Assembly (NCBI GenBank): GCA_003963315.1
Contig: RXJP01000035.1
Coordinates: 14,802-78,801, forward strand
From: Rhodocyclaceae bacterium
Lineage (GTDB): Bacteria > Pseudomonadota > Gammaproteobacteria > Burkholderiales > Rhodocyclaceae
Direction of reading: 5' to 3'
Length of the DNA stretch: 64,000 nucleotides
The notes beneath the pieces are model-generated. The model was not told where the DNA came from. It saw only the letters and a list, made by a program, of their open reading frames with translations, and searched no databases. Position numbers and translations under genes: made by a program. Position 1 is the first letter of the stretch, and each line of letters opens with the position of its first letter. Positions 53,973 to 61,568 of the stretch are shown here, piece by piece.

Positions 53973-56900
53973 TCAGGTGGACTCGGTGGCTTCGGCGGAT
54001 TGCGCGGCAATGCCGTTGTTGCGCTCGAGATAGGCCGTGAATGTCACCGCCGGCAGGGCCGGGCTGAAGTAGAAGCCCTGCACCTCGTTACAGCCATGGC
54101 TTTGGAGGAAATTCAACTGGCCTTGGGTCTCCACCCCTTCCGCCAGCACCTGGAGGCCGATGGAATGGGCCATTTGCACAATGGTGGTGGTGATGGTGGC
54201 ATCGTCGGCATCGAGGGTCACGTCACGGACGAAGGAACGGTCGATCTTGAGCTTGTCGATGGGCAGCTTGCGCAGATAGGCCAGGGAAGAATAGCCGGTG
54301 CCGAAATCGTCGATGGCGAGGCGGATGCCCAGGCCGCGCAGACCTTCGATATTGGCGCGAAGGACCTCCGAGGAAACGATGAGCAGGCTCTCTGTCACTT
54401 CGAATTCAAGCCGCTCCGGCGGATAGCCGGTGTCGGCCAGGATGGCGCGCACCGCGTCGAGGAAATCCTCCTGGGCAAACTGGGGCGCCGACACATTCAC
54501 CGCCATGGTCAGGTCCGTCCAGCCGGCCGCATGCCAAGCCGCGCCTTGTTTGCAGGCTTCCCTCAAGGCCCACTCGCCCAAGGAGACGATGAGGCCGCAT
54601 TCCTCCGCCACGGGAATGAACTTGAGGGGCGGCACCATGCCCAGATCCGGATGACGCCAGCGCATCAAGGCCTCGGCGCCGACGACTTTCTGTCCAACCA
54701 GCGCCACCAGGGGCTGGTAATGCATTTCGAGCTCGCCGTTCTCCAGGGCCCGGCGCAAGCCGTGCTCCATCAACAGCCGCTCGTTGGCGGTGGCGTTCAT
54801 GGCGGAGGTGAAGTAATGGAAAGTGTTGCGGCCGTGTTCCTTGGAGTGGTACATGGCCACGTCGGCGTGCTTGATCAGCGTGGTCATGTCCCTGCCGTCC
54901 TCGGGGTAGAGGGCGATGCCGATGGAAGGCGTGATGTGGAGCTCATGTCCTTCCAGCACACAGGTATCCGCCAAGCGTTCCAGCAGCTTCTCGGCCACCC
55001 GGCCGGCGTCCTCCGGTTGTTCGATATTCTCCAGCAGCACCAGGAATTCGTCTCCGCCCTGGCGGCTCACCGTATCCGTGCTGCGGACGCAGGTGCCGAT
55101 ACGGTTGGCCACCTCCTTCAGCAGCAGATCGCCGATATGGTGGCCCAGGGTGTCGTTCACCGTCTTGAAACGGTCCAGGTCGATGAAAAGCAGGGCGAAG
55201 CGCGCGCCGTTGCGTTCGCTGTGGGCGATGACATGGCTGACCCGGTCCTGGAACAGGATGCGGTTGGGCAGACCGGTCAGGAAGTCGTGTTCCGAGAGAT
55301 GGCGGATGCGTTCCTCGCTGGCCTTGCGCTCGGTAATGTCGGAGAACACGCCGACGTAATTGCACACCTTGCCCAGATCGTCCCGCACGGCGGAAATGGT
55401 CAGCCATTCCGGATAGATGCGGCCGTTTTTGCGCCGATTGACGATCTCCCCCTGCCACAGGCCCTTTTCCTTGAGGGCCAGCCACATGTCCTTGTAGAAC
55501 GCGGCGTGATGCTGGCCGGACGCCAGCTTCTTCGGGTTCTGTCCGATCATGTCCTCGCTGGTGTAGCCGGTGATCTGGGTGAAGGCGGCGTTCACCGACA
55601 ACACGTTCACCGCCTCGTCGGTCACCAGGATGCCTTCGGCGCTGGCCTTGAACACGCTGGCGGCAAGGTGGAGCTGCGTTTCGGCATCCTTGCGGCCGGT
55701 GATGTCACTGACCATGGCCACCACGCCTTCGGCCCCCTCGGCCTCGATACGGCGGGCCATGAGCTGGTGCCAGCGAAGGCCTTCCCGCAACTGCATGGTG
55801 TGCTCCGAAAACACCTGGTCCACCTTGCCCGCCATCAATTGCCGCATCTCGTCGGCATGGCGGTCGAACAGGGTCGGATTGCATTGGCGCAGATAGCGGC
55901 TGGCGGCATCGGTGCCGTATTCGCCATTATTGAGTTGGGGCAGTCCTTCCCCGGAAAAAAATTCCCGGGCCGCCCTATTGATGAAGCGATAGCGGCTGTC
56001 CGGGCCGATCATGAACACCATGGCCGGCAAGGCATCGAGCACCGCGCCCAGACGTTCCTTTTCCGCCAGCACTGCGGCTGCACGTTGCTCCCCCAGGCGT
56101 CGCTGGTGAAAAAAGAACAGGATGGCAAAGGCGGAAATACTGAGGATGATCAACGCCGCCATGGCGCTGAAGCGCAAGGCATCCTTGCGCCACTCCGTCA
56201 GGGCGTCGCCGCGCTTCAGGCGCAGCACCAGGACCAGGGGATAAAGGCGCGAGGTACGGTAGGCCGTCAGCTCGTTATGTTCCGCGTCATCGAAACTGCC
56301 CATCTCCCGCTCCGACAGGGCCAGGGGATCCCAATCCTCGGCGCGCAAGGCGCCCCATTGCATAGCCGCACTGGTACCGAACAGGGGCAAGCCGTCGTAG
56401 CGCAACACATGGAGATCGCCGGGGGATTGCAGTAAACGTTCCCGGTATTTCTGCACAAAGTAATCGGGATTGAGGGCAGCCACCAGGGTGTAGCGATGCC
56501 CGCCGCTCTTGATCTTCCGCAGCAAGGGAATAAAGCCCAGGTCGCGGGCTTCCTGCACGGCTTCGGCGCTGGCCTGGGACACAGCTTGTCCGCTGGAAAA
56601 GTCCCGGCCCAGCCAACGGCCCGCCACTTGCAACAAGCCCTCATCCCCATCCAAGGCCGGCTGGGGGTCGGTGAAACCCAGGCGCTGGCCTTCGTTGCCG
56701 GCGGAGGACGAGGCCAGCACCTGGCCATCCTCCCTCAGTACCGACAGGGAGCGGACCTGGGGCAAATTGGCGATGGACCGGCGCAGGATGGCGCGCAGAT
56801 CCGGCGCTGGCCGCTCCAGGTTTTCCGTATCCGCCAGATTGACCATCATCTGATCCGTCACCAGCACGCTCTGGGTCAGATGGTCCTCGAAGGTGCGTAC

Positions 56901-57062
56901 TTGCATTTCGGCAATACGCAGGTGATAGCTCAGGGTCTCGACACGCAGGCGATGGATGAAATAGCCGGTGGCCGTGGCCGAGGACAGGACGAACAGGGCC
57001 AGCAGGGCGAAAAAACCCCGCGCGCCCATTTGCCTTTGGGTGATCCTGTCGAGCCAGTTCAC
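53973..57062 (-). CDS. Membrane sensor with periplasmic domain, multiple PAS domains, GGDEF and EAL
   Basis: 1029 aa with two TM segments flanking a ~270-aa periplasmic region. GGDEF motif in RQGGDEFLVLL, EAL motif in EALMRWRH, and DDFGTGYSSLAYL. Confidence 0.9.
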   Translation of the reverse strand: MNWLDRITQRQMGARGFFALLALFVLSSATATGYFIHRLRVETLSYHLRIAEMQVRTFEDHLTQSVLVTDQMMVNLADTENLERPAPDLRAILRRSIANLPQVRSLSVLREDGQVLASSSAGNEGQRLGFTDPQPALDGDEGLLQVAGRWLGRDFSSGQAVSQASAEAVQEARDLGFIPLLRKIKSGGHRYTLVAALNPDYFVQKYRERLLQSPGDLHVLRYDGLPLFGTSAAMQWGALRAEDWDPLALSEREMGSFDDAEHNELTAYRTSRLYPLVLVLRLKRGDALTEWRKDALRFSAMAALIILSISAFAILFFFHQRRLGEQRAAAVLAEKERLGAVLDALPAMVFMIGPDSRYRFINRAAREFFSGEGLPQLNNGEYGTDAASRYLRQCNPTLFDRHADEMRQLMAGKVDQVFSEHTMQLREGLRWHQLMARRIEAEGAEGVVAMVSDITGRKDAETQLHLAASVFKASAEGILVTDEAVNVLSVNAAFTQITGYTSEDMIGQNPKKLASGQHHAAFYKDMWLALKEKGLWQGEIVNRRKNGRIYPEWLTISAVRDDLGKVCNYVGVFSDITERKASEERIRHLSEHDFLTGLPNRILFQDRVSHVIAHSERNGARFALLFIDLDRFKTVNDTLGHHIGDLLLKEVANRIGTCVRSTDTVSRQGGDEFLVLLENIEQPEDAGRVAEKLLERLADTCVLEGHELHITPSIGIALYPEDGRDMTTLIKHADVAMYHSKEHGRNTFHYFTSAMNATANERLLMEHGLRRALENGELEMHYQPLVALVGQKVVGAEALMRWRHPDLGMVPPLKFIPVAEECGLIVSLGEWALREACKQGAAWHAAGWTDLTMAVNVSAPQFAQEDFLDAVRAILADTGYPPERLEFEVTESLLIVSSEVLRANIEGLRGLGIRLAIDDFGTGYSSLAYLRKLPIDKLKIDRSFVRDVTLDADDATITTTIVQMAHSIGLQVLAEGVETQGQLNFLQSHGCNEVQGFYFSPALPAVTFTAYLERNNGIAAQSAEATEST

Positions 57063-57069
57063 GCCAATA

Positions 57070-57885
57070 TCAATCGATCACGGCGATGGGGTCGAGCTTA
57101 TGCCGCTTGGCGGCCGTCATCAGGCGTCCATCCCGCTTGATCTCGCTCATGAAGGACTCCAGGCGGGCATACCAACGGTCGTCACCGGGCTGCAGGGCCC
57201 AGCCGTAGGACGTGACGTGATAGGTCCCGATCGGCTCCACCAACCGCGCCCAATCGGTGGTTTCCAGCATGCGGCGGCTGTAGGGATAGTCGGTCATGAA
57301 CACATCGGCGCGGCCGGACTCCACTTCCTGTTCCCGGGCGAAGGGCGTATCCAGCACCGCCAGGGTGGCGTTCTTCAGCTTGTCCCGCATCACCGGCTCG
57401 TGCAGGGTGCCTTTGGCCACTGCGACCACGGTGCCCTTCTTGTCGATATCGTTCCAATCCTTGATGCGGCTGTTGCCCCGGGTGGTGATGGCGTAGATGT
57501 CGCTCTTCAAGTGGGGCCGGGTGAAGCGCAGTTTTTCGGCACGGGCCGCCGTGATGCCGATGGCGAACATGGCCACATCGCACCTGTCGGCGGTCACGTC
57601 GTCGATCAGCTTGGCGAAGGAGGAGTCCACGAACTGCACCGTCACCCCCATATCCCGGCCCAGCGCCCGGGCCAGGTCCACATCAATGCCGACAAGTTGT
57701 CCCGTTTTCGGATTGCGGTAGGAAATTCCGTAGTAGTCGGGCCAGATGCACACCCGCAGTATTTTGTTGGCACGGATGCGGTCCAGGTGACTGACGGCAT
57801 CCGCCGCGGTCGCGGCACCCGCTGTCCACAGGGAAAGCAGGCCCATTGTCAGGACGGCAAAAAAAGAAACGAAACGGGAAGCCAT
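57070..57885 (-). CDS. Family-3 (amino-acid type) periplasmic solute-binding protein
   Basis: Signal peptide then ...ILRVCIWPDYYGISYRNPKTGQLVGIDVDLARALG...FTRPHL..., SBP_bac_3-like. Lies 7 nt upstream of the PAS-GGDEF-EAL sensor. The start could be 57885 or 57903. Confidence 0.8.
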   Translation of the reverse strand: MASRFVSFFAVLTMGLLSLWTAGAATAADAVSHLDRIRANKILRVCIWPDYYGISYRNPKTGQLVGIDVDLARALGRDMGVTVQFVDSSFAKLIDDVTADRCDVAMFAIGITAARAEKLRFTRPHLKSDIYAITTRGNSRIKDWNDIDKKGTVVAVAKGTLHEPVMRDKLKNATLAVLDTPFAREQEVESGRADVFMTDYPYSRRMLETTDWARLVEPIGTYHVTSYGWALQPGDDRWYARLESFMSEIKRDGRLMTAAKRHKLDPIAVID

Positions 57886-57981
57886 ATCGAACCTCACTTC
57901 CATATATAACTAAAGGCATATTTAATGATAACGGGAAATTGCCGGGAAAGCGACTCTGCGGCGTGCGCCAAGCCACTCCCC

Positions 57982-58010
57982 TTCCATGGTTTCCGAGATC
58001 GGACTAGAAT
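57982..58010 (+). promoter_or_regulatory. Putative sigma-70 promoter of the interrupted tRNA-Gly gene
   Basis: TTCCAT-17 nt-TAGAAT followed by CCGCC. It has the same TAnAATCCGsC layout as the promoters in front of both tRNA-Lys genes and leuS. Confidence 0.5.
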
Positions 58011-58827
58011 CCGCCTTCTTCCTGCGGGTGTCGTATAACGGCATTACCTGAGCTTCCCAAGCGTGCGACTCGCGTCGCGTAGGTTAGCTGTAACCGCTGC
58101 ACACGTTCGAAGTGCAGGAACACAGCCTATCGAGAGAAGTGCCGCTTGCCGGCACGATGCGGCTAAGGCCGTACGAGTAATTGTCCTGCTGCCCGCAAGG
58201 GATGACAGGACCAGGGGTTCAGCCCCTTGTAGTCTAGGAGCGGTGCGTCACTGGTAACGGTGGGGTGCCAAGCGCTCTGACAATGTAGCCACCTTACGGG
58301 GTACGCCATATCCCGCGAGGGACTTGGTGTGATTTCGGGAGTTGCACCCGGATGAGGCGCTAGGCTGGGTTGGTTGGTCAACAAAAGTGAACCGCTATTA
58401 AACGTCGTTAAGCTTGATGAGCCAAAGGCAACTTGCAATATCGGGCTCAGCCAAAACGGCACGTGATCGGTTGTTCGCCTGCTTGGTGCGAACACGCTGA
58501 CATAGGCATCACCGGCGAAAAGGCGGGACCTTCCCAATTCTGTTACTTGTGCGGAACGAGGTAAGCCCAATGCGGCGTCTGGCCAGTTTGGTAGACAAAG
58601 GTAACCGCAAGGTTATCTGATGCTGTAGTGGGTAGAGGAGGATGGAAAAAGCGAATGCCTCGCTGTAATAGCGGGGATAGGGGATGGAACGATTGCCCCG
58701 ACGCGAAAGCGTGCAGACTTCCATCTGGTGACTCTTCGTAAGAAGGGTCTGTTCAATCGCAAACCCAACGGGGATGATGCTAAGATTCCCGGTCGGGGAT
58801 AATTGCGTCTTCCTCCGAAGGTTCAGA

Positions 58828-58901
58828 GCGGGTGTAGTTCAATGGTAGAACTCCTGGTTCCCAACCAGATAACGAGGGTTCGATTCCCTTCACCCGCTCC
58901 A
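58828..58901 (+). tRNA. Intact tRNA-Gly (anticodon CCC) located inside intron domain IV
   Basis: GCGGGTGTAGTTCAATGGTAGAACTCCTGGTTCCCAACCAGATAACGAGGGTTCGATTCCCTTCACCCGCTCCA is a 74-nt canonical cloverleaf with encoded CCA. It lies 17 nt upstream of the IEP ATG. Confidence 0.88.
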
Positions 58902-58918
58902 TACAACCGGAGGTTGAT

Positions 58919-60586
58919 ATGGACGCAATGCAATCTGATTGCGATGTCGCCTCTACGGCTTGGCAGTCTTGGCACGAAGTTTCATGGATCAAGGCTTATC
59001 AAGTTGTCGCGAGGCTACAGGCACGTATTGCGAAGGCAGCAAAAGTAGGGGAATGGCGGAGGGTTCGCACCCTGCAGAGACTCCTGACCAAATCGAGTAG
59101 TGCGAAAGTGCTGGCAGTTCGGCGGGTCACGGAGAATCAAGGCCGGAAGACTCCAGGCGTGGATAAACAAACCTGGGGCACGCCGGAAGAGAAGTGGAAA
59201 GCGGTAGTTGACCTTGGTAACAAGAGATACAAGCCGTTACCATTACGACGCATCTACATTCCGAAAGCAAATGGTGACCAACGCCCTCTGGGCATACCCA
59301 CCATGCGTGATCGGGCGATGCAAGCGCTGCATTTGCTGGCGCTGGATCCTGTTGCCGAAACAATCGCAGATCCTCATTCCTACGGTTTCAGACGTGAGCG
59401 CTCGACGGCAGATGCTATCGAACAAGTGCGCAACGTGCTGGGCCGGAAAGCTTCCCCGAAATGGGTGCTGGAAGGAGATATCAAAGGTTGTTTTGACAAC
59501 ATTAGTCATGACTGGCTGGTTGCTAATGTCTGCATAGACAAGGGCGTCCTTCGGAAATGGCTGAAAGCAGGCTTTATCGAGATGGGAAGGCTTTTCCCAA
59601 CGCAAGCAGGGACGCCACAGGGAGGCATCATTTCCCCGGTCTTGGCGAATCTGGCGCTGGATGGGCTGCAACATGAACTGACCAAACTGTTCCGTACAGT
59701 GCGGGAGGCGCGTGCGGCAAAGGTCAATCTGGTGCGGTATGCGGATGACTTCATCATCACTGGGAGCTCGCAAGAGTTTTTGGCGGAGAAGGTCAAACCT
59801 CTGGTGGAGAAATTCCTTGCCGCCCGGGGCCTCAAACTCTCGGAAAAGAAAACCAAAATCACGCATGTGACGGAGGGTTTCGACTTCCTGGGGTGGAATG
59901 TCAGATATTTCAATCGAATGCTGGTCACACAGCCGTCGAAGAAGAATATCAAGGCGTTTCTGGAGAAAATCCGCAACCTGCTGCGCGACAGAAAGGCTGC
60001 TGGACAGATCGAGGTGATCGAAAAGCTGACCCCGGTACTCAGGGGATGGGCCAACTATCATCGAAGTCAGATGGCGTCCCAGACGTTTGCAAGGTGCGAT
60101 CATCAAATCTGGCGAGCATTATGGCGCTGGGCGTGTCGCCGTCACCCAAACAAAGGGAAGCGGTGGATCAAACAGCGTTACTTCAAATGCCTCAAGGGGC
60201 GTGACTGGCGATTTGCGGATCAGGACAAGTTGCTGCCCATCTTGGCGGGATGCCGGAAACGGCCCCACACCAAGATCATGGCCGAAGCGAATCCGTACGA
60301 TCCGACGTACGACGAGTATTTTTCCAGACGGCTTGCACAGCGAATGGAAAAGACGCTCGAAGGACGGCTCAAGCTTCGCTGGTTGTGGTGGTGGCAGGAA
60401 GGTGAATGCCCCATCTGCAATCAAAAGATCACGAGAGAAACCGGGTGGCACCTCCACCACATAATCAAGCGATCTCAGCGAGGTTCGGACAAGCTGACCA
60501 ACTTGGTCTTGCTGCATCCGAATTGCCATATGCAGTACCACGTTTTTGAGAAATACGGCCCTGCCGGCACCTCAATGTTCAAATAG
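58919..60586 (+). CDS. Group II intron-encoded protein: reverse transcriptase / maturase (X) / HNH endonuclease
   Basis: 555 aa. RT motifs are IPKANGDQRPLGIPTMRDR, SYGFRRERS, DIKGCFDNISH, GTPQGGIISPVLANLAL, YADDFIITG and GFDFLGW. The X domain has RGWANYHR. The En domain has CPICNQ...HLHHII...LLHPNCHMQYH. A GGAGG RBS lies at 58909-58913. Confidence 0.93.
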   Translation: MDAMQSDCDVASTAWQSWHEVSWIKAYQVVARLQARIAKAAKVGEWRRVRTLQRLLTKSSSAKVLAVRRVTENQGRKTPGVDKQTWGTPEEKWKAVVDLGNKRYKPLPLRRIYIPKANGDQRPLGIPTMRDRAMQALHLLALDPVAETIADPHSYGFRRERSTADAIEQVRNVLGRKASPKWVLEGDIKGCFDNISHDWLVANVCIDKGVLRKWLKAGFIEMGRLFPTQAGTPQGGIISPVLANLALDGLQHELTKLFRTVREARAAKVNLVRYADDFIITGSSQEFLAEKVKPLVEKFLAARGLKLSEKKTKITHVTEGFDFLGWNVRYFNRMLVTQPSKKNIKAFLEKIRNLLRDRKAAGQIEVIEKLTPVLRGWANYHRSQMASQTFARCDHQIWRALWRWACRRHPNKGKRWIKQRYFKCLKGRDWRFADQDKLLPILAGCRKRPHTKIMAEANPYDPTYDEYFSRRLAQRMEKTLEGRLKLRWLWWWQEGECPICNQKITRETGWHLHHIIKRSQRGSDKLTNLVLLHPNCHMQYHVFEKYGPAGTSMFK

Positions 60587-60605
60587 GGGTGCTTATGGGT
60601 TGCTT

Positions 60606-60639
60606 GAGCCGTATGCGGGGAAACTTGCACGTACGGTTC
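60606..60639 (+). other. Group II intron domain V (catalytic hairpin)
   Basis: GAGCCGTATGCGGGGAAACTTGCACGTACGGTTC is a 34-nt hairpin with an AGC triad, a 2-nt bulge and a GAAA tetraloop, typical of chloroplast-like/IIB bacterial introns. Confidence 0.9.
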
Positions 60640-60715
60640 TTAGGGGAGGGGGTGGCCGTGAGGCTACCCCCTTACCCGCCTCATGAAGAGGGTTCGACTC
60701 CCTTCACCCGCTCCA

Positions 60716-60744
60716 AAAAACAAAGGGCGCCCCACGGCGCCCTT
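60716..60744 (-). terminator. Rho-independent terminator of the dioxygenase gene (abuts the tRNA-Gly 3' end, possibly bidirectional)
   Basis: The minus strand reads AAGGGCGCC-GTGG-GGCGCCCTT followed by TGTTTTTT. Confidence 0.7.
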
Positions 60745-60767
60745 GTCCGTTTACGCCTTCCCCCGTG

Positions 60768-61568
60768 TCAGCCGATCTGGCAGGACAGCATGCTCAGGGA
60801 ATGCAGGTGGGTTCCCGTCACCGGGAATGACACTTTTTCCCCCTCACCCTGAAGGGCTATTGCATAGAGCAAAGGCAGGTAATGGTCGGGGCTAGGCACG
60901 GAAAGACGGGCATCCTCACCCAAGGCTTCGTAGTGGATCAAGCCGGCGTGATCGCCTTTCTCCAACATGGCCCTGACGGCTGCGTCGAAACGCACGCACC
61001 AGTCGGCGGGCGGCGACGTTTCGCTGCGGTTGAGGGTGCGCAGGTTGTGCACCACATTGCCGCTGGCCACCACCAACACGTCTTCATCCCGCAATGGCCG
61101 CAAACGACGGGCCAGTTGGTAGTGGTACTCCGGCGGCTGGGTGCCGTCCATGGACAACTGCACCACGGGGATATCGGCCCTGGGAAACAGATGCATCAAC
61201 ACCGACCAGGTGCCGTGGTCCAGCCCCCAGCTATCCTTGTCCTGCCCCACCGGCGTCGGCGCCAGCAATTGGGCCACCCGCTGCGCCAGGGCCGGGGAGC
61301 CGGGGGCGGGATATTGCACGTCGAACAATTCCTGGGGGAAGCCGTGGAAGTCGTGGATGGTGGGCGGCTTTTCCATGGCCGTGACATGGGTGCCGCGGGT
61401 ATAGAAATGGGCCGAGACGGCGAGGATGGCTTTGGGCTTGCGGGGCAGCAGCGCTTCGCCCCATTGGTGCCAGAGCGGACGGAAACGGTTTTCGGTGATG
61501 GCATTCATGGGCGTGCCGTGGGCCACGAACAGCACCGGCATGGGAACAGGATGGCTCATGGCATTCAT
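60768..61568 (-). CDS. ygiD: 4,5-DOPA dioxygenase extradiol-like protein (YgiD, LigB superfamily)
   Basis: PVLFVAHGTPMNAI...AILAVSAHFYT...IHDFHGFPQELF...DHGTWSVL. Confidence 0.85.
   Translation of the reverse strand: MNAMSHPVPMPVLFVAHGTPMNAITENRFRPLWHQWGEALLPRKPKAILAVSAHFYTRGTHVTAMEKPPTIHDFHGFPQELFDVQYPAPGSPALAQRVAQLLAPTPVGQDKDSWGLDHGTWSVLMHLFPRADIPVVQLSMDGTQPPEYHYQLARRLRPLRDEDVLVVASGNVVHNLRTLNRSETSPPADWCVRFDAAVRAMLEKGDHAGLIHYEALGEDARLSVPSPDHYLPLLYAIALQGEGEKVSFPVTGTHLHSLSMLSCQIG

Larger units (their letters stand above)
58063..60680 (+). mobile_element. Group II intron (about 2618 nt) with RT/maturase/HNH ORF
   Basis: The 5' end is GTGCGAC. Domain V lies at 60606-60639. Domain VI has a GTGA tetraloop and a bulged A at 60674, 6 nt before the proposed 3' end. 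An IEP ORF sits in domain IV. GC content is visibly lower than the flanks. The 3' terminal dinucleotide is CC rather than the usual AY. Confidence 0.88.
58024..60715 (+). tRNA. tRNA-Gly (anticodon CCC) interrupted by a group II intron; exon 1 = 58024-58062, exon 2 = 60681-60715
   Basis: Exon 1 is GCGGGTGTCGTATAACGGCATTACCTGAGCTTCCCAAGC and exon 2 is TCATGAAGAGGGTTCGACTCCCTTCACCCGCTCCA. Joined, they give a 74-nt cloverleaf: acceptor GCGGGTG/CACCCGC, anticodon stem TGAGC/GCTCA, loop TTCCCAA, T arm GAGGG-TTCGACT-CCCTT. Confidence 0.85.

Noticed and set aside
52833-56435. 1200-aa ORF on the plus strand, the longest ORF in the track
   Set aside because: It runs antisense to thiG, thiS and the PAS-GGDEF-EAL gene, all of which have unmistakable family motifs. 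Its product is low-complexity and rich in Gly/Ala/Arg/His, as expected for the reverse frame of high-GC coding DNA, and it has no recognisable domains.
58024-60715. Alternative reading of the two tRNA-Gly pieces as attL/attR of an integrated island
   Set aside because: Integrase-mediated insertion duplicates the same (usually 3') tRNA segment as direct repeats. Here the pieces are complementary halves, 5' half upstream and 3' half downstream, with no shared repeat. The insert starts with GTGCG and ends just after domains V and VI, and there is no integrase. This fits an intron, not an island.
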